Of a stretch of 64,000 nucleotides of DNA, positions 1 through 12,164 are shown piece by piece. Position 1 is the first letter of the stretch; each line of letters begins with the position of its first letter. Source of the stretch: Amphiscolops sp. MND2022 (taxonomy: Eukaryota); NCBI GenBank assembly GCA_964187785.1, contig OZ076412.1:70556001-70620000 (forward strand). The letters are read 5' to 3'. A program made the translations under genes and the position numbers. Below the pieces are notes generated by a model that worked only from the letters and a program-made list of their open reading frames with translations, was not told the origin of the DNA and searched no databases.

Positions 1-547
1 TTAATTCAGCTTTCCAATCAATTTGTGCCTATCTAGTAATGGTATACATATCTTTTACAATTATTCGATAAATATGAGTTGAAATGTGTGGTATAAATAA
101 ATGACATGTTATTGAAATATTAAAGTCATTAGCTATGTGAACAAACCTTAGTGTGGGCCTTGATTGTAGGTTAGGTGGGCTCGAAAGCATGTTTACAGTA
201 TGTTAATATTATCAATTTCAACAGAGTTACATTCTAATGTGTTTATATAGAGAAATAACAGTGTTTAAATTTTTGGCACAATGACCTTGAATATAGCACA
301 TGTGAAGGATGAAAGGTGTTATGATGGGTGAATGACCTCAAAACGTAACCGATGTGTCCGTGTCAGGTCGTTACATATGTGTGCCAACTTTCGTGGCTCT
401 ACGACTTTTAGTTGTCAGGAAAATCCCGACTGGGGGGTTCGATTTGGTCCCCCTTGACTTTTCGTCAAAATTTCAGCTAAGTTATAAAGCGTTTAAGTTC
501 TTGTTTCTCAACTAGCATGTTCTAAATCAAGTTTCCCTGCTTTATGA

Positions 548-3500
548 TGACTGGCGCCAACAATGCTACAACCAAATGAAATCGCAAACATTGAAAAGTT
601 ACTAGTCGAATTCCACGATATATTCGCGAGACATCGATTCCACAAAGGCACGAACGAGGAATTCAAAGTTGAACTAACACCAAAAAATGATTCCCCGGCC
701 TGTAGTCAAACTCTACCAACGCCTATTAATCTCAAAGAAGACATCCTTGTAGAATTAGCAATTCTCCAACGATATGGGATAATAACAACCCTCCCATTCT
801 CCAAATATGCTAGTCCAATTTTTGCACAAAAGAAACCCAATGGAAAATTAGGACTCTTAGTCGACCTTCGGAAGATCAACAACCTTGTATTAGATGACTA
901 CATCAACAATAATCATCCCGTCAGTACACTAACAGAAGCTGCTCAACATATGACAGGCAAAAAAACTGTTTTGCAAATTGGATCGCTCGCAAGCAAACCA
1001 TTGTCTGCAGATGGCGGACCAAGGGTCTATCGAGATGTTGGCATTCAGTTTTGCCAGCAGAACCTTTGCGTATCGCAGATTGGCACAACGTGTCTCAGTC
1101 GTGCCTTATCGGATTTCTCCAGCTTTCTGCGGGAAAACGATATTGTTGCAAATTAGCGTTCAAACAAGCGTTACCGAACAAGCAAATAGCACTCATGATC
1201 GATGCCAGCTTCATGGCTGCTGTTTATGCAGTCCTAATTGAGGATGATCCCCAAAAAATACACTTCAATGAGGAAAGCTTACGCTCCGGTGGACTACGGC
1301 TTCAGGACTTTCAGTCCCGCACAATTGAAGATGTACATCTATGCTAAAGACTTCTTAGCAATATTCTGCGCATTCAAGGAATTTGGACATATAAACAGGA
1401 GGACCCCAAAACCGGTAATAATACTAACAGACAACAATCAGTTACGCGCATCTTTCAAACCAGATTTATTCCACCTACCCTCTGGAATGAATGTGATTAC
1501 GTCATACAATTTAACTTTACAATTGCACATATTCCTGGCAAGAACAATACAGCAGCCGACTACTTGTCTTGTCTCGAAATCTCTCCTAAGGAAAAATTGA
1601 TCCTCAGAATCCGCGTAGACTTTCCAACGAAGCCTATTGAACTACACGTCCAATCGACAGGAGTATCGGAAGAAGAGCAAATATACTTTACGGAAGATGA
1701 CGAAGAAACAGAAGAAGAAATCTGGCAACGGAAAAAACAGGCACGAGACAGCCCTACCCACCAATTACCCGACATATCGTTCGAAAAAATCAGGACTCAT
1801 CACAGCAACTATCAAAAATTTTCCATTTGTCAAAAAGTAGCCAATACCAACACTGTGGCTATTGAACAAAACAGTGATGTTATATTGCAACAACTCAATT
1901 TTAAACTTCAAAAGGAAGACTTTTCCCAAACAACCTTGTTACAAGATAACAGATACCAACACTACCTACGCCAACCGGACCGGATGCAGTTCAGGATGAA
2001 ATCATCACCAGATAGTACTATGATGAAACGGGAAACGTCAAGTACAATCAAGTGCTCTTACCCAAACACCTGCTGAATGAACTGCTAGAATCACTCCATG
2101 GAAAAGCAAATCGACACCCACGCATTGCAAAGATGTTACAGGAAATCCGATGTAAATAATATTACCCTGGAATAGCAAAGCTTGTCCGTAAATGGGTCAT
2201 TGGATGTGAAACTTGAATAAAAGATCAGAGAATAAGGAATGAGCTAATAATTCCCGAGTTACACAACCTACCAAAGTGAACCTTAGGTCAAGAAGACGCA
2301 ATGCAACTAGACCTTTTACCAAATCTCTCAACAAGTGGAGGATACGAAAATATTGTTACAGCTGTGGATGTCTTTTCGCAATATCTTTTTGCCTAACCAG
2401 TTACTGATGCATCAGCAACCAAAACAGCTAAGGTTATCATTGATATATCCACCAAACATACCTCTTTGCCAACGACTTTGATACCTGACAAAGGGTCAGC
2501 CTTTACATCAAAGCTAGCTGCTGAAATTGCACAAATATTGGGAATTCAAATTAGATGTGCGACAACGAAACAACCGCAGACCATAGGAAAGCTCGAAAGG
2601 ACTCATGCAAGCCTCAAAACAAATCTTAAAATGGCTTCACGGGAGTATAGACGTCAGTGGCACAAATACTTTCCTTTAGCAGTACTCAACTACATCACGT
2701 CCTACCATTCCACCTTGGGCTGCGAGTCTTCAAGGATAATTCATGGCAGAATACCATATAACAGTTTAGACAACAAACTGGGACTTAATCCCAATCCTAC
2801 AGCATTACCAACAACGGATTTTGCTGAAGAATTTCAACGGCGATCACAAATCTTAATTGACGATACAAAGAAAAACATCATGCAGTCTTACTTGAAGTAC
2901 AAAGAACACAATGACCGAAAGGCCAAAGCAGGACCCTTGGAACAAAATGACTACTGTTTTATTTTGTAACCACTAACTGATAATCAAGGGTCAAAAATCC
3001 CATTTAGGGATTTTAGGTGGATTGGTCCTTACATCATTGAAAATGTTTTACCGAACGACAATTATATAGTCAGAAAACTTAAATCAACCAAAACACAAAT
3101 CTTACATAGACTTCGTCTTCGCAAATATGAACCGAATACTAGTTTGCAAGACGTTCGCTGGGACGTTTGCAGCCTGATAACGATATTATTATTCCACAAG
3201 ATGATCTATACGTTATCACGTGGGAGACGAATTTTGGGGACTTCGAGTCCAGTCGTCGTAATGGGACCTGCGAACTATCGAACGATCGACTGAAAAGACT
3301 AATGCTGACGTAATTGAGCAACCAGATCAATTTCTGATCGACGTGGACATTCGGTCCACCAGACGAGATAAGACAGATGAAATTCTTCCCAATCAGCCAG
3401 CGCTCGAAAAGAGTGATAAAGCAAATAGCGAATGATAAAGAATTCTCAGGGGGGAGCGATATTATCGTGCCCGGAGTATTGGAAAGTGAAAATGATGATT

Positions 3501-3584
3501 GTAGAAAATGGAAGTCCTAGGGGAGGAAAACATAACCTACGACCTTACCCAACTCCCAACTTTACTGATGAATGCAGATACTAG
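548..3584 (+). pseudogene. pol: Gypsy-like pol remnant (RT N-half, RNase H, integrase), frameshifted, internal deletion near 1140
   Basis: ORFs 563, 1564 and 2466 carry PFSKYASPIFAQKKPNGK, LVDLRKIN, TTLIPDKGSAF and IGKLERTH. GPY-like RWIGPY near 3016. C-terminus NLRPYPTPNFTDECRY*. Confidence 0.92.
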
Positions 3585-3747
3585 CCACATATACTTCTTA
3601 CAGGTCCCAGTATACTACTTTGACTATGGGACTGATCTGACTTCAACTAGAGATAACAATCCACTGCAACAAAAGACTATGTACAAACACTCTAAACAGA
3701 ATAATACAATACTACGACAAAAGTTTAAAAATGTACACTAGGAACAA

Positions 3748-6700
3748 TTAGTCTTTACTGCTACATTGACGCAGACTTTTGGCTGACTGGTTATTCTCAG
3801 AATCGGACAATAGATGAGTGGGACGAACATTTTTCTTCGAGTAGCTGAGCGTACTTGGGGGCTGTTGCACCATGGAGCTCTCTGTAGCTTTCCCTTTGCT
3901 GACCTTACAGGTACTTATCAGTCGGATCCAGTTTAGATAAATTTTCACAACAACCAAAATTATTCAGTCCCAACCATGGATCGTAGGTATCGCTTAAGGC
4001 TCCGCGATCAAAGGTAGTTTCCAACTCAAGGAACTCTGCAATTGAAGCATCAGTAGTAACTGTATAGATTCAATTGACTACGGTACTAAAGTATGATTGC
4101 ACCGGAAGGACTACGTCGACCAATTTACTTGTAAGATCACCGGTGTTCACAGACCCGAATTTGACTACAAGTAGAGGCCGAAACGGCTCATCCAGACAAA
4201 GGCAAGCCAGTTTAAAACACTGCAACAGGGGCGATTGAGTCACCAAGGTAGTCTGTCCCATTAGGACATCCACAGTGTTTGGAATCAGCAGAGTAGGCTG
4301 GTCAAATTCGACAAACTTCACCCTCAATTCATCCACAAAACACGAATACTCTTACCCTGGGCTTGAGACTCCTGATCTTGAGAGAAGCAACCGCGAGTCG
4401 GAAAGCCGTGAACAAGTTGCCAAAACATCTGGTAGCGAGCGAAAGAGGAAATTTGAGGAGAATTTTCAAGTCAAAACTCCCTAACCCTTGGACAATTATG
4501 GTCGTAAAATTAAAATGACTCCTCCGTGTCTCCTTGAACATGTGAGTGACGTAACTTCTAGCAAGTCGACCATGTTCATCACGAGTCTTTTCAGTGAGCT
4601 CTTCTAGCGTCAACTTTTCACTCTTGCGCTCATGCAACTCCAATTCCACCTTTAACTTGCAGGCCTGATCCAGTTTTGCTCCCATCGTCATACGATTAAG
4701 GAACACGGTCACACTCAATGCAGGGGCCGTCGTGATATCCAGGTCCAAAATGCCAGCAATGTCATCTTCCGCTGGGAGGGCTGTGGGCAACAATATTCGT
4801 TTAGCTAACTTGCGCAAGTATAAACACAACTGCCTGAAGGCATGGAATGATCGGTCTCGTCGTCCACTGATGCTGAAAGAGACGTTAATAGTATCTAAAT
4901 AGAATAATGAATGACGCTAATGATTATGGAGACCTCCGGCCTCACTACGTTGTCAGTTTTCCACGGTACAAAATGAAGAATTAGTTGAAAAAGAGAAATC
5001 GCACTATTTAGCCATTACCTAAACTACGAATGCTTATGAAGGAAAGCCAATCAAGTATCACCAATAATACTTACAATCCCGGACGAGTTCGTAGTAGAGC
5101 TCCAGCTTGCAAGTAAAGAAGTTGTCATAAACAATTGACCACTCAAGTGATCGAGGTTGATTTCTAACCACCCGCATCTCTTGTTGGTCCGTGTGGGACA
5201 TTAAGTTGTTGTTGACCAATTTCCAGTGAGTTATCAGCTCCTGACATGAATTTGGTACAGACGGCACGTCTAGTTTGCCAGCCTTTATCACCTGTAGAAA
5301 TGCATTACCTCGAGTTTTGGCCTAAATTAAAAGCCACTTAGTAATGTGAACTTTAAGTCTCACCACGACTAACGTGGGAATCAGAAGGGTCCAGTCCAGT
5401 TGAAGACCTCAAGCTGATCACAAGATACTGCAGTATCGAAAAGAAGTCTATTCTTCCGAATACACTGTAACTATCCTTGTGCATCAACTTCTTTATGGCA
5501 ATGTCATCGAACAAAGTGGGCCTTTGGACTCCGTGTTTTGTAACAGTAGAGTTGTCCAGCATGTGTGCCAAACCGTAAGTTGCTCCTAAACAGCAAACCA
5601 AATCGGCTTCGGATGAGATAGCAGCCATGAGGGAGCTCACCAGTCGCAGCTCGGCAGAAGCTTGTCCGCTGGTACGCCCAGTTTTTAAGAGGTAGACTCG
5701 ACACAGCCTGTCCCCCTTCCAAAACCGTAAGTGCAGCAGCAAGAAGACTCCTTGTGACTCAAACTCAACAGAGAACTGCCCAGACGCAAGGATGTCATTG
5801 CCCAAATTCGGTATCAGTTGTAGGAACAAATGGTGGAACAACACCTGTAATTCAACATTAAGATTAGCTAAATCATACCTTCAACCGGAACCGATACCCT
5901 GAGACTCAAATTTTGAATGGTACTAAAGGATCTTCCAATAGCTTAATGACGGAGCCATTGAATAATGTATATGAGAATATGGACCTGGTGTTGATACGCA
6001 AATGTGTGACTACTTACTGATAACTTGGTAGTACTCCAATCGATGTCGCAAAACAGTGCCTGATGGTTGACAATTGTACCGATGTGTTGCCAGAGCTTGC
6101 GCAATACCGCGATATCTCCAGATAACGGGAGGTAATGGCTCAAAATGGAAGTTAGATTGCGAGTTCTGTTTTGTGGGGAAGCGCTCATGTTATCGACTCT
6201 AGCCATCGCTTCCTCATAAAAGGAAGGTTTCTCCCCAATGTCCACCAGTTCGGCGCTGATGAAATGGGGCAGCTCAAGTTGCAATTGGTAATTTGTTAAG
6301 ACTCTACCATCTCTACCCCTGACTTGATCTCGAGGCCTTTCAGTCAGTGGATCATCGACTGTGAGGTGTTCGTACCTCCAGCGCTGATTTTTGCGCAAAT
6401 GTCTCTCAGTTGAAAAGTGGCGCAGAATTTCTTTGAGGCCATTGGCCCTGATTGAGACTTTGCACTTACAAATCTGGCAATATAGTTCATTCGGGTTCCA
6501 CTTCGGGTCCATGGGGCCAGAAACGAACGTGCGAGTCCAAGGCATTGACTCGAAGTACTCTTTTTTCATTATTCGACCGATACGTCTTCTTTGTGTTGGT
6601 CGACCTCGAGACTTATTTCTGACTTGAGACCGTTTACCTGCCTTGCCCTTCTCTTTGATTGCTTCCTGTTTCAACGTAGCCAGAGACTTGCCTCCGAGAC

Positions 6701-7884
6701 TGGAGCATGCTGGGGATAGGGGCTCTGTAGAACTCATCGCTATTCCATCGGGAGAGAATCCGGGTGGTGATGGGATAGTGATGCCGGCCTGAAAGTCCTG
6801 ATGGGGTTCAGCGTCGCTGGTTACAGCTTGGCTACTATCTCCTTCTCTGGTTCCATACGTCATTATGGATTCACTGCCTGCCTACGTCAGTGTCAGTCCC
6901 TGGATCAGTCGTGGACCGAGTTCGATTTCGTTGTTGTGGACGTGAGGGACTTTTCAAGTTCAACCGGCTTGCTCTTTGTACGACACTGTTTAGCATCTCA
7001 AAAGACGCCCGGGCGCTTTCATCCGCAACGATGCGCAAGATACTGCTGATTTGGTCTTGGTTAAAGACAACAATAGGATGTCCGGGATCAAACCATATGG
7101 GATTTGTTTCAGTGAAGCGTTGCTTGATTATTCCTCTACTTGAGCCAGAGAATGGTATGGGGCCTCTGTCTACAGGGACGGTTGGTACGCTTGACTCATT
7201 GCTTGAGTCATTAGGGCAAGCAAGACTTTCATGCTTAGCTGGACAATAACGAGCTTGGGCTAGTGTAGAACGCGCTATCGATCCTGTGTCAGTTTCCATA
7301 CCGGAGCAGGAATCATCATAAGTGTAGGACCGGTACTTCATTTGCTCACCAAGGTCACTAGCATCGGCTCCTCTCTCTTCAGTTTGTCCCATCTGCACTT
7401 CTGGTGGAAGAATTGTAGCTGGACGCTCAGTCTATTCTTCGTTGCCCGCCCTATCTATACCAGCACTTGCAACCTGAGGAAGATCTTCGGGTTTGTTTAA
7501 GAAGACAACTTTAGGGACGTCGTCTGGAGTTTGGGGCTCTGGTATCAGTTCATTTATACAAGGAGTAACAGTGACGGGATCACTCATGCTGACTTTGCCC
7601 TCACCAGGAATCACATCATTAGGGTTTGCAGGAGCAGGCTGTAGGGATTCTACTTTCCGGCTAATGTAAGCCTCGCAACTTTCGGAGTCAGACGTTGATA
7701 ACAGTTCAACTATAGACCTCTTGTCAACTGGTAGTTCAGTTATTTCTGGCGCAGGCACTGGTTCAATTGACTGCTGATTAGTCTCCATCGGCGCAGCAAC
7801 GTCTTGCTTTGGTTGGCCACTCATTTCGTTGTCTAAACGGAAAGAAATAAATATTCGCGATCCACCTCCTCTAAAAAAATCCAT
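3748..7884 (-). pseudogene. Antisense multi-exon gene of element A: zinc finger plus hAT-transposase-like protein, decayed
   Basis: ORFs 7432, 6871, 5943 (YCQICK..H..H finger), 5353, 5058, 4329, 4070 and 3748 are colinear with the E and F genes. Candidate introns: 6017-5845, 5373-5292, and a donor at 5074. Confidence 0.85.
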
Positions 7885-8942
7885 CTTGTCGCGTTTGATG
7901 GTCTTTCGAAAGCAGGTATATTATTCGTTCACTCTTATGGTTGAATTGTTCACGATAGAGGAAGTGAAAATTTAGTCAATGGGAAGCACTGATCAAGCTC
8001 AAAATTGACAAAACATTTGAAAGAACCAACCTGATGTTTGTCTCAATTGGACGAACAGAATTTCTTTTCCAAGCGTTGACTGCAGGGATTTGAAGGTGAA
8101 CTATTGCCAAGTGGTTCAAGATTTAAGTGCTGTGGATATAAGAAAGTTGTGTTTTGTCACGGAACAAAATTGAGTTTGGGCTTAGTATTTCGGACAGACT
8201 GGCAGTCCAGAGGATGCGAATCTGGGGGTGTTACTGCTACTGAGACAAAGCTGCAAATTTGGTCCGGAAAATCCGAATGACGAGGTAGATCCAGATAAGA
8301 GGAAAGGTAATCTGATTCCAATAAATGATTCAAAATTAGCTAATACAGAGAGCAAATGTAGACTGACGAAAGCTGAAATAGCTGGAAAATTAGTTTACGA
8401 TGCTTTATGGCTATTAGAGTTCATGCACACTCTACTTGTATTCATTCATTACCATCATACTACACTCACAAGACAGTTAATTACACAATTACTTAGCTCT
8501 TGTTTCAATAATACATTAAAGGACGTTGTGGCTACATGTACATTGGTGTACCAGTGCATCAAATACAATCACTGAAATGTGCACCTTTATTACAACTTAC
8601 AGTGTTGCCGAAGCTGCCAGAGAAGCACACTTAATAATTAGAATGATCGTTACCATTATTACCATCCTTTATATCACTATTTCATCAAGTTATTTCATTC
8701 GTTACCTTGAGTCTTAGCTCATGATCATTGATTATTTCGCATATTAATCAGGATATTTTATTCATAAAATTCAATTACTCATTCATAAAATTTCATTGGT
8801 TAGCTAGTTGTAGTTAGTAAGGTGGACCGGTGGTCTCTGAAGAATTCTGTTGACAGAAAAGTATTTTTAACAAACACTCTCGCTGGTAATTACCAACACT
8901 CTCGCGATTATTACAACTACTAAAAAAGACCTCAAGGACCAC

Positions 8943-9977
8943 TTGCCCAAGGTAGTCGGAGGCGCATCAAAAGCGATGAAAGAACATAAAACTCCGAAAA
9001 CGGTAGAAAAAGGAACTGTTTGGAATGGTTACTACTCAGAACTCCCGCTAAAAGTTTTCCCGCTAGTCTGGAGGAGAGATTCAAGATCTGTAACAATCAA
9101 GAAATCACTTTTACAAAATCATCACTGAATTCAGTCACTCCGAAATCGATCAAAGTAGCAAAGAAACTGTTCTTGAAAAGACACTCAGTCGAAATGTCAC
9201 TGCAGTTTCCAGTGGATGAATTGATCCAACTTTTAGTTAGCCTCTCGTATTAATCGTCAGATGAAGACATGGAGGTGGACTGCCCGCTCTCAACAACTGA
9301 GGAAGACCAAGCAGAAGACAGTGATATAGAGGTCATTGCTTGCTTTAGAGAGGCACCAGTCTCCATCCCACAAAGATTTGGGGGAAGGGGAAAGACTCTG
9401 AATGACACAAATAACTTGGGGAAATGCGTCGACAGTGGGTCCGAATAGGCACAGTCTGTAGCCAAGAGAAATTTTTTGATGCAGAACCAAACAGCGAATC
9501 GATTGACCTAGTATTGGGCGAACACCTTCCGACCGGAGGGCTAGACGACTTAAACCGACTTAAACCAACACCCGATAGAAAGTTGCAGAAAACTGGAACC
9601 AGTGTTGCAATCACCACTATCACCGCCACCTCATGGAAGGGGACAGCAAGTCAAACCAGATGTTACAAATTGGGATCAAGAGGAATACTTTTCTCCACAA
9701 AATTCCCATATAACCGGAGTAGCAGTACGACCTAGTGGACGGCATACAGAACCTTATTCAACACGGTGATTGCTTGATTTGTGGTAAATCAGCCGATATC
9801 GTACACGAAGAGGTAACTTTCGACTACTTGGAAAGAACACATAGAGCTGGAGAATCATATACAACAAAGCAACGTAGACGACACGCATTCCAAGTTGGGA
9901 TGCGGGCAGGCTCGTTTGTTCTCGTACCCAGGGGACTGTCGCAGGCTGCCGCCTGCGATGGCAACAACTACCAGTAA
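8943..9977 (+). pseudogene. Sense accessory ORF (ORF-S) of element A, frameshifted, ends inside the 3' LTR
   Basis: SLQFPVDELIQ, EDSDIEVIAC and GDCLICGKS...AFQVGMRAGS match ORF 33014-33913. The start position is uncertain. Confidence 0.8.
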
Positions 9978-11720
9978 CTCCTGACGAAGCTAATGAGATG
10001 CCTCTTCCTACAGGAGTATTGCCGCTATAGGCCACGTAGACCACCAGTCCATTTTAGAACAACTTTTATAGATACTCAATTTCCATAGACTACTTTAGTA
10101 TGAATTTATATTTTCTTACGGACGACAGGTCCGCCCGTCTACATTCGACGTCTGATCAAATCATAACTTTGGAGCTTAATGCATGTACGATTTTTTTTGA
10201 TTATATGTTTTGTCATGCAAACCAGTGCTATTTTGTGCTATTTATACGGAATTGTAATATAAATAGAGTAATCAACTAGTAAAGTGAAGGAAACAGCGTT
10301 CGAATCAAAAGGTTCTCTAGCTACTTCGACGTGTGGTCCGCTTACTTAATCAAGCAATCAGAAAACACCATTAGTGCAGTAACGCTTTCACTTATTCATC
10401 AACTAGACGCATCTAGTCACTTGGACCGAAGGTCCACTACATGAAAAATTTACTTTAGCTAACATACATGTAAACAATCAACACTAGAAGAATTGTCAAT
10501 GAAAATCATACTTGAAAGGCGTGCCGCCTTTTCCCTCTTTTTTAGTTGTTTGATGTATTTTTAGGTTACTATATTCTCGAATGATGCTATTTTTATATGA
10601 AATCAAATGACGTGATGGTGATGTCATGGCCCAAGAGTTGCTCTGCCCCAAATTGACGCTTTTTTTAGTAACGTGATCACAATTATTTTGCGTGTCATGC
10701 TCTGATGACTATATATACCTTTGATTGATTGCTGAGGGATCTTCTCCTTGGAAATACCGATCTCGAAATCGCACACTCAGTCATTTGGCTCTCTGATCAA
10801 TTTGTGACTACCAGTCTGCTTGGACTATGGAAACTTTTGTAATACATAACAGTACCTGTTTGTTGTTAAATCTTGTTCTGTTTGTTACAAAACTGATTAC
10901 GAACAATATAGTATTGTTTAGTACTAGACATCTTCGATGCCTTCTTCTAGGAAGCAGAAAGCTAGAGAAAAGCGCTCTAGGCAGTCGGACGTGATGTCCG
11001 ATTTAGAGGATATGAATGTTATGCTGGGTAACAACCAGGAAATCCTTCTGATGAAGAATTAAATGAAAATGTTCACATAGACTCAACGTCCAATGAGACC
11101 AGGACTGACATGGCCAGAAATTGTGAGGACTTTAGATCACTATTGAATACTGAAAACAGGATTGAAAACGAAGTAACTATAGACACTTCCAGGTTTATTA
11201 GCACTGAAATATCGCAGCAAATGTCAAGAAAACTAGATGAACTTAAAAGAGATTTGAATACTCAAAATACAGAGTCAATAAGCTCTGCGATTCAAGAAAC
11301 TATTCTTCCTTCTCTGCAAAATTCATTATCAGGCTTGAATAGAGGGTTGGGGACAAATGTGGACTCACGGTCCAGTAGACTTAGCAGGAACATCGAAGGC
11401 AAAAAGCACCAAAGTGCTTGGTGAAATACCCAGAATTCAATTCAGATAAATTCAAACAATCATCCCCATTCTAGAGATAATTCACTTAGCACCCTAGACT
11501 GCAACCTACGGCCCAACACGCCTAATTCTGGAATTTTAAAAAAAACTAGTTTGAGTTGAAAACACTAAAGAAAATTGGTCGAGACTAAAAACAAAGGTCT
11601 CAATTCGCTTTTGTTTAGAATCAGAAAACTCTTCCACGAGTTTCAACGAGGTTTTTCTGTTTTCTAAATTTGACCGTAAACTTAGAATTTTCATTTTGAT
11701 AACCCCGTGACTCATACACA
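9937..11720 (+). repeat. 3' LTR of element A (~1.78 kb)
   Basis: Starts TGTCGCAGGCTGCCGCC like the D and E LTRs, contains the MPSSRKQKAR ORF, and ends ...CATACACA without a following TGG. The end is accurate to about 2 nt. Confidence 0.8.
10937..11720 (+). pseudogene. LTR-encoded Gag N-terminal extension (MPSSRKQKAREKRSR...), frameshifted
   Basis: ATG at 10937. ORF 11110-11424 (ISQQMSRKLDELKRDLN...SAIQETILP) is homologous to ORFs 31456-32046 and 44760-45287. Confidence 0.8.
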
Positions 11721-12164
11721 TGCTGTGCCACCCAATATATTGACTAGTAACTCAAGTCGGTTGATGACTTTGAAAGGAAGCTCAAAAAATTTTGAATACT
11801 TATCTCGAGTATAGTTTTGCAAATACTTTTGTTAAAACATGATAAAGCTAATGGATTTGTGTCGCCGACACATTAAACTGATGTCGTTTTTCTTTCTAGT
11901 TTGAACTCAATTTTATTGATGTACATGTTCAGAAGAAGAGCTCACAAATGGCACAATATGCAAATCCGTGTTGCGCCTCAATCCAACTTGGCATTGAAGT
12001 TTGAGATATTCATAGTATATTCAGCATCCGCTCGTGAAATAAATCTTCCCTAGCCATCCATCCCACTTCTGCAATCACTCAGAACCCACTCAGATAGATG
12101 AATAGATATATAGATAGATAGATTGCTTAGAATAAAACAAAAAAAAACATGAAATCGAAAAAAT

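Larger units (their letters stand above)
548..11720 (+). mobile_element. Element A: 5'-truncated Ty3/Gypsy-like LTR retrotransposon with accessory cassette and 3' LTR
   Basis: pol remnants, antisense hAT-like gene and sense accessory ORF, then an LTR starting TGTCGCAGGC at 9937. No 5' LTR or gag present. Confidence 0.9.

Noticed and set aside
540-565. TGATGACTGGCGCC resembling a PBS at the start of element A
   Set aside because: It aligns with the pol peptide DW...MLQP of the other elements. It is a truncation point, and the upstream DNA does not match A's LTR.
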